Source: a virus | Lineage: Duplodnaviria; Caudoviricetes | Virus record (IMG/VR): IMGVR_UViG_3300021962_000022 | DNA: 64,000 nt | Reading direction: 5' to 3' (one strand) | Shown: in pieces, positions 1 to 10,269 of the stretch | Layout of the letters: every line of letters begins with the position of its first letter | Numbering within the stretch: position 1 is the first letter of the stretch | Position numbers and translations under genes: made by a program | The notes under the pieces: model-generated | What the model saw: the letters and a program-made list of their open reading frames with translations, nothing else | Told to the model about the DNA's origin: nothing | Database searches by the model: none

Positions 1-2387
1 AATTCTTCTTGGTATTTTTTAGTCGGTTTACTTATCTTTTGAACATCACCATCTGATTTTTTTGTACCATTATTGATGTAATAAATTGTCTCACCTAAAG
101 TTGCGGGATAGTTATTTTGTATAACCAGCTCCATGTGAGCTTGTCGAGACATTAAAGAACCTGCTTTTGTGGTCTTTTTGATGTGTTTTTTATAGTCTTC
201 TACAGATTGTTTTACACGAGACTTATTCGCCATCTTAGACAATGGTATTTGTTTATTATAAATTTGTTGGACGTATCTATAATAAAGTTCAACGAAAGAT
301 AAACCATCACCATTTAATAAATGTTTCAAACCCTCATCCAAAAATTCAACAACATATTGTTGTAGTTTTTTAGATTTGATAGTATTACCGGTTAGTTTAA
401 TCTTTTCTTTTCCCTTCTTCAGAAGTTTAATGATGTAGTTCTTTCTTGATACGTTAATACACGCGGGTGCGGTATAGTCAATATCAAGACCCATTTCATT
501 TCTCATAAAGGTATCATTGAATTCTGCAGTGTCCGCTTCGATTCCAATGTACTCTTTACCTTCTTCAACCAATTCGTTTAAACCTTTACCGATGTAAACA
601 TGAGTATCAATATCATCGGGGGTTGAAAAGTTCACACCGTCAGTATCCATAACCAAAGGTACATACCCCTTTTTCTCAAAGAACATAATCATCATACGAA
701 GACATTGTCTTCCGGTACAAGTGATTGTCTCACCCATATTCATATCTCCCCACGGAAATACTTGAGGGGCGGAAAGTGAACCAAAATACGCGTTGATAAA
801 AATCTTAATTGGTAATTGTTTTCTATCATACATCTCCGCTTCAATAGGATTTGTTTTAGACAATTCACCCGCAAGTCTTTTATATTTGATACGAATGTTT
901 CGGAAATACTTTAACATCGATTTCTGAACACCCATAACATCACATTCAGGGAAAACATCGTACACCAATTGAATTGATGGATAAAGAGACGCGTAGTCAA
1001 ATTTTACAATGTTTTTTGAATAACCAACGTTTAACAATCTTGATAAACCACCAGTAATTGCTCTCTTCTCATCTTTTGTTGGTATCGCCAATCCATTTTC
1101 ATAGGACCAAGCCAACATGATAATTTTCCAAAGAGTCGCAGTACCCATAGTTGCAATCCTTTCATAGGTTGTTGGTACCAATTTAGAAAGTAAAAAAGTT
1201 GATTGAGAGAAGGAATCATCCACAATCATTGTTTCGTACAAGTCATCGTCAAGATATTGTTCTACAATTCTTTCACCTGGCCAAATTTCATACTTACCGG
1301 GATACTTGTCTAAAAGATTTTCCGTTCCCGGCTCACCTATCTTTTTATATTTACCTGTTTTAGGGTTGATGTAGTAACTATCATTTTCCAAATAAATTTT
1401 AGAAATGAATGCACCATCAACATATACACGATTTGGTTTTTCTTTTTCCAAATACTGTGTAATATACTTCAAACCCCACGATTTAATTTCAGAGTTAATT
1501 GCTTGGGCTCTTCTTACAGCGTGTGCAATATCAACAATATTGTGTCCCCATATTATATGTTGGGTATAAGGTTCGACCTCATTTGCTAATTTAAGAACCC
1601 CTTCTTTTTGTTTAATACCATCAGAGGTTAGAATCGCGGTACACTCTTCAATATCAACACCAAGAATTTCTGCTCTTTTAAGAATAAAAGGAAAGTCAAA
1701 TGACGCTGAATTATAACCACCAATAATTGTTGGTTTTAAATCCTTTATGATTTCAAAAAATTGTTCAATACATTTTTTTTCACCATCAGGACCAAAAGCT
1801 GGAATTGTTTTTTGTAAACCACGATTGTCTTTTACTCCAATAAGAATTATCTCATTGGTTTCGGGTTCAAGACCCGTGGTCTCAATATCGAATACAAAAC
1901 GATGAACACCCGAATAATCGTCAATACCCTTGAATAATCTTTTTTTCTTTTGAATCAGATATTGTTCAACAGGTGACAGTATCGTAAACAAATGTCTAAA
2001 TTTTTCACCCCAAGGGTCTATTCCACCTTGTTTAAAAAAGTTAATCAATTCTCGATAACCCTTTAGACTTTTAACCAAATAACACTGACCATTTTCAAGT
2101 CTTTCGTTACCATGGGTTTCAAGTTTATCGATTATGATACCATACTCCCCCATTTTTTTCTTTTGTAAGGACTTACTTCCTTGATAAAAATTGCAAGAAC
2201 TTAAGTCACCCACCCAAAGAAATGGAGTTAATGAATCAGGTTTAACAACCTTACCCCTTACAGGGTCTTGAATAATTTTGTAGATTTTGTTGTGTTGATA
2301 ATCGTATTCCACCCCAACAATGAATTCTTCGGGGTCCCAACCATTTAAAAAGTTCTCGATTACCTCTTGAGAAATTACTTCTGACAT
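1..2387 (-). CDS. Family B DNA polymerase, 3' end runs off the left edge (missing from the ORF track)
   Basis: Manual translation from ATG at 2387 (MSEVISQEVIENFLNGWDPEEF...). ExoI FDIETTG, ExoII YNSASFD, motif A FDYASLYPS, motif B KIFINAYFG, motif C MDTDG. Confidence 0.95.
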   Translation of the reverse strand, partial: MSEVISQEVIENFLNGWDPEEFIVGVEYDYQHNKIYKIIQDPVRGKVVKPDSLTPFLWVGDLSSCNFYQGSKSLQKKKMGEYGIIIDKLETHGNERLENGQCYLVKSLKGYRELINFFKQGGIDPWGEKFRHLFTILSPVEQYLIQKKKRLFKGIDDYSGVHRFVFDIETTGLEPETNEIILIGVKDNRGLQKTIPAFGPDGEKKCIEQFFEIIKDLKPTIIGGYNSASFDFPFILKRAEILGVDIEECTAILTSDGIKQKEGVLKLANEVEPYTQHIIWGHNIVDIAHAVRRAQAINSEIKSWGLKYITQYLEKEKPNRVYVDGAFISKIYLENDSYYINPKTGKYKKIGEPGTENLLDKYPGKYEIWPGERIVEQYLDDDLYETMIVDDSFSQSTFLLSKLVPTTYERIATMGTATLWKIIMLAWSYENGLAIPTKDEKRAITGGLSRLLNVGYSKNIVKFDYASLYPSIQLVYDVFPECDVMGVQKSMLKYFRNIRIKYKRLAGELSKTNPIEAEMYDRKQLPIKIFINAYFGSLSAPQVFPWGDMNMGETITCTGRQCLRMMIMFFEKKGYVPLVMDTDGVNFSTPDDIDTHVYIGKGLNELVEEGKEYIGIEADTAEFNDTFMRNEMGLDIDYTAPACINVSRKNYIIKLLKKGKEKIKLTGNTIKSKKLQQYVVEFLDEGLKHLLNGDGLSFVELYYRYVQQIYNKQIPLSKMANKSRVKQSVEDYKKHIKKTTKAGSLMSRQAHMELVIQNNYPATLGETIYYINNGTKKSDGDVQKISKPTKKYQEE

Positions 2388-2473
2388 ATCGTATATTTTT
2401 GTTTTGACATATTTGCTTACAACACCGTGTTGTAGTTTGCCTTATAACAAGTATACGAAATTACTACCAAATA

Positions 2474-2842
2474 TCAAAATATGGTAATAAATAATTTTTC
2501 CTTTATCGGAAGTATCAGTTTTGTTGTTGGATTTAAATTGGTATCTAAAAATTGTACGGTAATCTTACCCTCGTATTTACCAATTTTTGATGTTTGAGAT
2601 TCTGTAAATCTGTGAGTTATATAATACTCGTCAGTGGTTTGATTGTATTTTTTATCTCTAGTTGTTATTAAACAATCTGAATTTAATATTTCAGGTTCAC
2701 CCGTTTTTGCATCGTACATATCAAATGTGATGTCACAACTTTCTAACAAATCATTAAATCCGGATTTGTCATTTTTACCATCATCAATTAACCTCATTTT
2801 AAGTATTGGGTCAGATGCTCCTTGTCGTATAAAAAATTCCAT
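2474..2842 (-). CDS. Hypothetical beta-rich protein, possibly virion/baseplate Ig-like
   Basis: 122-aa ORF with upstream TATTTAT motif; predicted beta-strand pattern only. Confidence 0.6.
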   Translation of the reverse strand: MEFFIRQGASDPILKMRLIDDGKNDKSGFNDLLESCDITFDMYDAKTGEPEILNSDCLITTRDKKYNQTTDEYYITHRFTESQTSKIGKYEGKITVQFLDTNLNPTTKLILPIKEKLFITIF

Positions 2843-2875
2843 ATTGATTAATAAATATTATTCTTTTTATTTTAA

Positions 2876-3910
2876 TTAAAATCCATTTGTTGAAGGATTA
2901 TAAAAAACTAAACCTGTCACATTTGTTGTTTTTGTTATGGTCGGCGATGAGTAACTAAATGTCATAACATCACCACCACCAATTTCACCAAATTGTATTC
3001 TTATTGGATAGTAATTTCCAGCAACTAATGAAAACGTAGCCGATACTTCCTGAACCCCATGAGCACCACCATTGTTTATATTTGAATTAGCGGTGGTAAA
3101 ACCTGATAATGCATTTGCACCAATCCAAAGATAAGAACCATCATCACTTGATAAGAAGAATGTATATGTTTCTGTTGTTGTTGCCTTAAAATACCCCAAC
3201 CATTGACAACTAAAATCAGACCCGTCATTACTTGATGGTTCAGTTATTGAAGTTGTTTGAACCGAGGTGGCAGGATTTGTACCAAAGGTCGTTGGGGTTG
3301 CAGTTGCGAAAAACGCCGGATTTTCGCTATGATAACCAGAATATGTTGTTTTATATAAACCAGCACTAAACGCACTTGTTGGAGTTGGAGTTGGTGTTAA
3401 TGTTGGGGTGATAGTTGGTGTTAATGTCGGTGTTATTGATGATGTTGGAGTGATAGTTGGTGTTATAGAAGGTGTTCTACTTGGTGTTAATGAAGGTGTG
3501 ACAGTTGGTGTTGGTGTAACTGTAGGTGTTAGTGAGGGAGTAACGGAACTTGTCGGTGTAATTGATGATGTCAACGACGGTGTGACCGACGAGGTAAGAG
3601 AAGGTGTTACCGAAGGTGTTCTACTTGGTGTTAATGAAGGTGTTATACTTGGTGTTGGTGAAGATAATACGGTAGACGGGGTTGTGGAACTTGTTGGTGT
3701 CGGTGAAGGTCCCGTTTCAATAACATATAAAGTACATGTACTACCAAAAGCCGGAAAAAACAATGAATATGTCCCATAAAAATAAGGTGCAACATAATCG
3801 TATGGTAAAACTTGTGTACCCAAATTAATAGTCCCACCCGTATCGGGATAGTATGTAATAACCGCCGATTGACCAGTATAATTTGTTGAGACTATTTTTA
3901 AAGTATCCAT
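2876..3910 (-). CDS. Pro/Thr/Ser-rich stalk protein with C-terminal PA14-like carbohydrate-binding domain
   Basis: About 110 aa of TPS/TPT repeats, then WLGYF..TYTFFLSSDDGSYLWIG..NNGGAHG..YYPIRIQFGE typical of PA14. Confidence 0.8.
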   Translation of the reverse strand: MDTLKIVSTNYTGQSAVITYYPDTGGTINLGTQVLPYDYVAPYFYGTYSLFFPAFGSTCTLYVIETGPSPTPTSSTTPSTVLSSPTPSITPSLTPSRTPSVTPSLTSSVTPSLTSSITPTSSVTPSLTPTVTPTPTVTPSLTPSRTPSITPTITPTSSITPTLTPTITPTLTPTPTPTSAFSAGLYKTTYSGYHSENPAFFATATPTTFGTNPATSVQTTSITEPSSNDGSDFSCQWLGYFKATTTETYTFFLSSDDGSYLWIGANALSGFTTANSNINNGGAHGVQEVSATFSLVAGNYYPIRIQFGEIGGGDVMTFSYSSPTITKTTNVTGLVFYNPSTNGF

Positions 3911-3942
3911 TTATTTAAAATATAATATTTTGTTTAGTATTT

Positions 3943-5313
3943 TTAAAGTCCTACCATGCTATCCACACAATCTTCAACACATTCAATTATATCGTAATTT
4001 GGTTTAATATCAACCAAATAATGATGTCTTACCCTTACGTAGTTTAATGGTTCTTGATAATATTGGACTCTTTTAAAATTAAAACAAGAGGTACCCATAT
4101 TATGAATTCCACCTGAATATTGAGTACCACCAGCCCATGATTGTATAAATGGTTGGTCACCTCTAGTTGATGGTATAACTTCTTCCCATCCTTTTAATTT
4201 ATAGATTGTTCTGCCGTTTAAATAAATTTTTAAAGTACCCAATCTTCTATTTCTTTCTAACGCCCATTTCTTATTTAATTCTTCCGCAGTTGTATAAATA
4301 GTTGTTTGTGTTGATGTTACTGCGGTGATAACAGTATCGGTATATGGAATAGTTTTTATTCCCGGTATTAAATCATTCCACCCACCATCATTTTCTAAAT
4401 TACAATCCGTATAATACTTATCTCGTTCAAAAGTAATTGTAACATTAAAATCTTTTGACGTACCACTAACACATAATACGGGTGTTTGACCCGATGAAGT
4501 ATAATATGATTCTGTATAACCACTATCGGTCACACAAACACCTGAATATCTAATTGCTCTCCATTGTATTCTACCATCATTTGTGAATGAAAATGATAGA
4601 TTATTATCTGCGTAATTTGATATTGAACTCTCATTTCTAACACCTAAATAATAAATCGTCCTTCCACTTGTCCAATTAGAACCATCTTTATTAAGTACCA
4701 AATCAATTGTCCAACCTTTTTCATTTCTTCTCTGTACTTTGTAAGAACAATTATCAGTTCCAGCACCATGATTTATTTGATATGCCCATGGTTTTGCGGT
4801 TGGAATTGGGTCTTGAGGACAACAATTATCACTGATAATTTCTGTGACACAAGGATATTTGGCACCAATCCCATTAAAATTTGCAACATTTAGAGAATTT
4901 GGATTGGATGCGGGGTCATTATAAATGTTCGCATTATGAACAAAATAATGTTTATAACCACTTCCATCGATGTATTCATAAACATCATTCTCTAAAATTA
5001 AATCTGAATTTTGTAGTTGGGTTGTAAATCCACTATAAGGTAAAACCCAAGACCAACCTGAAAATAATGAACCTGTTATATAAGAGGTTAAATTCACTTC
5101 AAGTAGGGATATAGTATCCCTTACACAATCAGTTCCGGTCATACCTGTTGTGTTAATAGTCAATCCTGTATATGATATACTATTATCCAAATCCAAAACC
5201 AAACTATCATAATCTAATTCAGTTTTAGAAATTTCGTAATCGTAATATTCCGAAGAATCGAGTTGTAAATCTAATTTACTCCCCCAAAATTTAAGTATGT
5301 TTTGACTATTCAT
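3943..5313 (-). CDS. Putative virion protein with concanavalin/LamG-like beta-sandwich
   Basis: 456 aa; GTLKIYLNGR and QSWAGG..F..VQYYQEPL resemble LamG folds; TATTTATA upstream. Confidence 0.55.
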   Translation of the reverse strand: MNSQNILKFWGSKLDLQLDSSEYYDYEISKTELDYDSLVLDLDNSISYTGLTINTTGMTGTDCVRDTISLLEVNLTSYITGSLFSGWSWVLPYSGFTTQLQNSDLILENDVYEYIDGSGYKHYFVHNANIYNDPASNPNSLNVANFNGIGAKYPCVTEIISDNCCPQDPIPTAKPWAYQINHGAGTDNCSYKVQRRNEKGWTIDLVLNKDGSNWTSGRTIYYLGVRNESSISNYADNNLSFSFTNDGRIQWRAIRYSGVCVTDSGYTESYYTSSGQTPVLCVSGTSKDFNVTITFERDKYYTDCNLENDGGWNDLIPGIKTIPYTDTVITAVTSTQTTIYTTAEELNKKWALERNRRLGTLKIYLNGRTIYKLKGWEEVIPSTRGDQPFIQSWAGGTQYSGGIHNMGTSCFNFKRVQYYQEPLNYVRVRHHYLVDIKPNYDIIECVEDCVDSMVGL

Positions 5314-5370
5314 GCTATTCTATAAATATCTTTCCTTTCTTTTGATATTTATATTAAAAAAGATATTTGC

Positions 5371-6129
5371 ATGGATAAATACATTAAAAATATTATTGAG
5401 GAAACTTTTGCGTCCAAAAAACAACAAAGATTCTTTTATGCCAAGGCGAACGACAAATCAACATCAAAGAAAGAAAGAAACAAATGGTCCAAATGGGCTA
5501 AAGAATATTCTGACGATACCGACTTTGAAAAAATACCAGAAAAGGTTGAAACTGAGGTAGATGAAATAGTTGACGAAAAAGGTAATATCGCTAGAAGAAA
5601 AACACCAAATACAAAATCAAGTAAAGGTGGTTCAAAATCAACGACTGACAAAGTGGTATACACTGGAGCTGGGTCAATGGGTATTCACGGTGTTCATGGT
5701 ACTCACACATCTTTAAGATATTGGGCGGAATCTGATTTAAGTAAAGCTTTAGGTTATAAAAATACTTTGGGTCAAGATGAGGACATTGAAGATGCATATG
5801 AATATTTTGAAGATGACCTTGGTATGGGTGATGATGAAAGTAAAGAAAGATTATCATCATATGGTTACGATGAAAATTTAAAAGGTGATAAAGTAAGATT
5901 AATAGAAAACCCAAAAAAATTTGTAAAAGATTACGTTGAAAGTGTCATAAGAAAAAAATCATCCTCAGAGGATTTGGTTAAAAAAGACCAAACCGAAGAC
6001 ATTAAGGGTGAATTAAATCCAATTATCAAAAGACAAATCACTTCTTTAAAAAATACTTTAGTTAAAAATAATTTGTCAGTTGAGGATGTAATTGACATTC
6101 TTAAATCAGAAGACGAAACCGATGAATAA
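5371..6129 (+). CDS. Hypothetical protein
   Basis: 252-aa ORF, first of a tightly packed + strand run. Confidence 0.75.
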   Translation: MDKYIKNIIEETFASKKQQRFFYAKANDKSTSKKERNKWSKWAKEYSDDTDFEKIPEKVETEVDEIVDEKGNIARRKTPNTKSSKGGSKSTTDKVVYTGAGSMGIHGVHGTHTSLRYWAESDLSKALGYKNTLGQDEDIEDAYEYFEDDLGMGDDESKERLSSYGYDENLKGDKVRLIENPKKFVKDYVESVIRKKSSSEDLVKKDQTEDIKGELNPIIKRQITSLKNTLVKNNLSVEDVIDILKSEDETDE

Positions 6130-6619
6130 AGAATTAAAAGGAAGGATTTTTGATATTCCTCAGGACATTTTAGATAAGATAAACCATACAGTAGTTGGTT
6201 TAAATAGTGAAAATGTGCGTGGTATTCAAAGAGCTAAAAAACTTTTAATCGATAAAAAAGTAAAATACGGTCAACTCAAGAGGATAATTCATGATATTCA
6301 AAACATGGATAAAATGAATGAAAAAGTTAAATATGACTTATGCGGTGGAGATTTGATGGAAAAATGGGCTAAACAATTTTTACAAGGAGAAAGAGATTTA
6401 ATAAGTAATAGGAAAGACTCCAAAAAAAGGGCGGATGATATAACATCAATGACTGGTGAGAGAAAAAACAGTCACTTGAAATCACACACAAAAAGATTTA
6501 GTTTCAAAGTCCCAATAAATTTGGTTAAAAGTAATTCCCACAAAACCAGTGTTTCACCTTTAACATCTATGAAACTATTCGAAGAGATTGATAAAATAAA
6601 AAAATTAATTAGTTATTAA
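6122..6619 (+). CDS. Hypothetical protein
   Basis: ORF track starts at 6092; ATG 6122 (MNKELKG) overlaps the previous stop and is the likelier start. Confidence 0.7.
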   Translation: MNKELKGRIFDIPQDILDKINHTVVGLNSENVRGIQRAKKLLIDKKVKYGQLKRIIHDIQNMDKMNEKVKYDLCGGDLMEKWAKQFLQGERDLISNRKDSKKRADDITSMTGERKNSHLKSHTKRFSFKVPINLVKSNSHKTSVSPLTSMKLFEEIDKIKKLISY

Positions 6620-6620
6620 T

Positions 6621-7286
6621 ATGCCAACACAATTAGAAATAATCGGAGACAGAGAAAGAAACCTTCTTGTATCAAGAAATGAATACAACTACGGGGATTT
6701 ATATAGTTCAAGCAATACAGGTGCATTATCAGACGGTGACGAAAGAGGTAAGGGTGAATTAAGTGGTAGTATTGGTTCAAAAACCGATATCGGTGAAAGA
6801 ACCTCATTACAATCCAAAAACATTTATGGACCAACCAATCAGTACGGAAGTGGAAATGCTAACGCACTTTCGGATGGTGATGAAAAAGGTAAAGGAGAGT
6901 TAAGTGGTAATATAGGTTCTAAGACTGATATCACAGAAAGAAACACTCTTGTTGCTAAAAACGTCTACAATAATTCATTTCAATACTCATCAGGTAATCC
7001 TAACGCATTATCAGATGGTGACGAAAGAGGAAGAGGTGAAAACAATTCAGGTGGTGTTGGTACCTTAACCGATATCAATGAAAGAACCACTCTTATTGCT
7101 AAAAATATTTATAACAACAATTTTGGTTACTCTTCTGGTAATCCCAATGCATTGTCAGATGGTGATGAAAAAGGACGAGGTGAAAACAATACAGGAGGTG
7201 TTGGTACTGTAACCGATATTAACGAAAGAACTGTTTTAAAAGCAAAAAATAAATACGGTAGCACAAAAACATATCCCGATTTTTAA
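6621..7286 (+). CDS. Tandem-repeat protein (four ~41-aa units, core ALSDGDE[RK]G[RK]GE)
   Basis: Repeats visible in the translation. Confidence 0.8.
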   Translation: MPTQLEIIGDRERNLLVSRNEYNYGDLYSSSNTGALSDGDERGKGELSGSIGSKTDIGERTSLQSKNIYGPTNQYGSGNANALSDGDEKGKGELSGNIGSKTDITERNTLVAKNVYNNSFQYSSGNPNALSDGDERGRGENNSGGVGTLTDINERTTLIAKNIYNNNFGYSSGNPNALSDGDEKGRGENNTGGVGTVTDINERTVLKAKNKYGSTKTYPDF

Positions 7287-8137
7287 TGATAAATTTCGAG
7301 TCAATATTAACAAACATTTTATCTGAAGCACCTTCGAGAGGAACACAAAAAACTCTTGAATATGCTATTAAGAATAGAATGCCCGTTTCTTTTGACTATA
7401 GAGGTCCAAGAGGTGAAGTATTACCAGGAAGAAGAATTAAAACAGAATTAGTTGCGTCAGGCCTAACAAAAAAAGGAAACTTATCATTTAGAGGATGGGT
7501 TCAACCACCGTCGGTGTCTAAAAAGGGATTTAAAGAACATGGTTGGAGAACTTTTATACTGGATAGAATATCTGCAGGTTCAATACAAGTTTATGAAGAT
7601 GAACAGTTTGATAATAAAAGACCGGGTTACAAAGAAGGTGATGATAGTAGTTTTTCCACTACATACGTAACAAGTGATTGGGGAACTACACCACCAGCAC
7701 CACAAGAGAGAAAACCAAGTAAAACACCCGTACCTAAACAAGAACCCGAAAAACAAAAATTACCCGAACCAAAACCAAAAGAAAAACCATCAGCGTCACC
7801 CATTGAAGTACCAAAGAGAGAAATTGAAGTGTTTAACGATTTAAAAACCAAAATCAAAGTTGTTGACAATATTAAACAAATTAGTCCTGACGATTTTAAA
7901 AATGCAATTGACGATTTGTACAAAAAGAAAATGGATGATTGGAAAAAATCACAAATCGATTTAGGTGGTAACACTAATGCCGGTGAGGGAACAAGAAGAA
8001 GAATTGAAAAGGATTCTGAATCTGATTTGGACAGATTATTAAAACAAGATAATATCAAAATAGTCGAACCATCATCAGAAGAAACAGTGGAATTACAAGA
8101 ACAATTAAATAGAATCAAGACTTTAATTTTCTTTTAA
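7286..8137 (+). CDS. WYL-like domain protein with Pro/Lys-rich linker
   Basis: N-terminal VSFDY..G.R..E..A.G....GN...RGW...GWRTFILDRI resembles WYL domains. Confidence 0.55.
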   Translation: MINFESILTNILSEAPSRGTQKTLEYAIKNRMPVSFDYRGPRGEVLPGRRIKTELVASGLTKKGNLSFRGWVQPPSVSKKGFKEHGWRTFILDRISAGSIQVYEDEQFDNKRPGYKEGDDSSFSTTYVTSDWGTTPPAPQERKPSKTPVPKQEPEKQKLPEPKPKEKPSASPIEVPKREIEVFNDLKTKIKVVDNIKQISPDDFKNAIDDLYKKKMDDWKKSQIDLGGNTNAGEGTRRRIEKDSESDLDRLLKQDNIKIVEPSSEETVELQEQLNRIKTLIFF

Positions 8138-8164
8138 AAATACTTATTTTATAAAAAAATCAAT

Positions 8165-8743
8165 ATGGAAAAAACAGGAACAGGGGTACTATCACAAAAC
8201 GATTTGATGCAAAGATTAGTACAAGCGAAAAAAATTTTAAATAAAGTAGAAAATGGTGATTACGAAAGAGGTAATGTAAATGAAGATATATTAAGGACTA
8301 ACCCTGAAGACCTCATGTCGACCGAAAATTCCGCACCAATAAGACAACCACAACAACCCAATTTTCAAAAAATACAAGAGTCTAAATTACCTGAAGCAAT
8401 TAAAAGAGCAATGATTGAAAATCCCATACCTCAAATTAGTTTATCGGATTCATTGGATTTAAATTTTGTTGAAAAAACAAAAAAATTAATGGAGAACGAA
8501 GGTGTGTCAACTAAAAAATCGTCACCACAAAAAGGTTCTTCAGTTGATAGTTCAGATTTAGTAAAACAATTAACCCCCATAATTGAAAACATTGTAAGAA
8601 AGACTGTTGTTGAAATTTTGGACAAGAAGTTAAATCAAATATTAACCGCACAACAAACCATGTCCATCAACGAGAACTTGGTTTTAAAAGTGGGTGACTC
8701 CGTTTTTAAAGGAAAAATTACGGGTGTAAATAAATCAAAGTAA
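8165..8743 (+). CDS. Hypothetical protein
   Basis: 192-aa ORF. Confidence 0.7.
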   Translation: MEKTGTGVLSQNDLMQRLVQAKKILNKVENGDYERGNVNEDILRTNPEDLMSTENSAPIRQPQQPNFQKIQESKLPEAIKRAMIENPIPQISLSDSLDLNFVEKTKKLMENEGVSTKKSSPQKGSSVDSSDLVKQLTPIIENIVRKTVVEILDKKLNQILTAQQTMSINENLVLKVGDSVFKGKITGVNKSK

Positions 8744-8796
8744 GTTTGACTTTTCGAATTTTTTTCTTATACTTTATAAAAAAGGAAAGAATTTGA

Positions 8797-10017
8797 ATGT
8801 CAAAGATTAGAATTTTAGCAATACCACCCGATACCCATGGTGTAGGTAAATATAGAATATTAGACCCATATAAATTTATTGGAGACCATTACTCAGATGA
8901 GTTCCATATTGATATCGCACTATCAGTTGAGAACAATGATAATTTCTTTAAGAACTATGACATCGTTGTTTTCCATAGTTTTATCCATCAAACAAGCCAC
9001 GAAGAAAATATTTCAAGAATTAAATGGTTAAAATCCCAAGGGATTAAGACCGTTATGGATATTGATGACCACTGGTCTCCTGACCATAGACACCCAATGT
9101 ATTTTCATATCAAAGAAAATGAATTGCCAAAAAAGAAGGTGGACATGATGAAGGAATCAGACTATGTTACATGTACCACTGAACATTTTGCGAACGGACT
9201 TAGAAAAAAACTTAATTTAAAAAATGTTTTGGTATTTCCAAACGCAATTGACCCAAATGAAAGTCAATTCCAACCAAAACCAACACAATCTGATAGACTT
9301 AGATTCGGATGGTTAGGTGGTTCAACACACTTACATGATTTAGAACAAATTAGAGGTGGTATCTCAATGATTGCAAATCAATATGATAACGTACAATTCG
9401 TTCTTTGTGGTTATGATTTAAGAGGTTCAATCACTGAAGTAAATCCACAAACCAACGAAAGAAAAACAAGACCAATCCAACCAATGGAAACGGTTTGGTA
9501 CAAATACGAACAAATTTTCACTGATAACTATAAAACTGTTGATGGAGACTATAAATCATATTTAATGAATTTCTCACCAACACCTGAAATTGACGTTAGT
9601 GATAAAAAATATAGAAGGGTATGGACTCAACCAATTGGTAGATATGGTGCAAATTATAATTTATTTGACGTATCTTTAGCACCCGTGATACCTTCAGAAT
9701 TCAATTCATATAAATCACAATTGAAAATAATCGAATCTGGTTTTCACAAAAAACCAATCATTGCTAGTGAAACGATGCCATATACCATTGATTTAAAAAA
9801 CGCTTATAAAGAGGGTAAATTACTGGATGATGGTAATGCTTTATTAGTACATGAAAATAAAAATCATAAACTTTGGGCAAAATACATGAAATTACTTATT
9901 GAAAACCCAAATATGGTTGAAGATTTAGGTAATAAACTCTATGAAACCGTAAAAGACAAATATTCTTTAGTTACGGTATCTAAAAACAGAACAGAATTTT
10001 TCAAATCAATAATTTAA
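8797..10017 (+). CDS. Glycosyltransferase, GT-B fold (GT4-like)
   Basis: DIDDHW, FPNAID, FGWLGGSTH, DVSLAP..FN.YKSQLKIIESG motifs. Confidence 0.8.
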   Translation: MSKIRILAIPPDTHGVGKYRILDPYKFIGDHYSDEFHIDIALSVENNDNFFKNYDIVVFHSFIHQTSHEENISRIKWLKSQGIKTVMDIDDHWSPDHRHPMYFHIKENELPKKKVDMMKESDYVTCTTEHFANGLRKKLNLKNVLVFPNAIDPNESQFQPKPTQSDRLRFGWLGGSTHLHDLEQIRGGISMIANQYDNVQFVLCGYDLRGSITEVNPQTNERKTRPIQPMETVWYKYEQIFTDNYKTVDGDYKSYLMNFSPTPEIDVSDKKYRRVWTQPIGRYGANYNLFDVSLAPVIPSEFNSYKSQLKIIESGFHKKPIIASETMPYTIDLKNAYKEGKLLDDGNALLVHENKNHKLWAKYMKLLIENPNMVEDLGNKLYETVKDKYSLVTVSKNRTEFFKSII

Positions 10018-10030
10018 AAACAAAAAAAAC

Positions 10031-10267
10031 ATGCATTACTTAGTTACAGTAGGTTACGAAACCGAAAATTTAGACAGAAATGGTAATCCAAGATTACAAA
10101 AAGTTAAGTACATCGTAGAAGCCGAGTCGGTTGAAGAGGCAACATTAGTTGTTTCAAAATACAGAGCGGGTGACATGCGTTCATCAGAAAGTTTGGCCAT
10201 TGTTAAAATGCCAATCGAATGTATTATTGACCCACAAAACACTCCTGAGTACTTTAAAAACAAATAA
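10031..10267 (+). CDS. Hypothetical protein
   Basis: 78-aa ORF with A-rich initiation context. Confidence 0.7.
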   Translation: MHYLVTVGYETENLDRNGNPRLQKVKYIVEAESVEEATLVVSKYRAGDMRSSESLAIVKMPIECIIDPQNTPEYFKNK

Positions 10268-10269
10268 TT

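Noticed and set aside
1031-1225. 64-aa minus-strand ORF
   Set aside because: Out-of-frame shadow inside the DNA polymerase gene.
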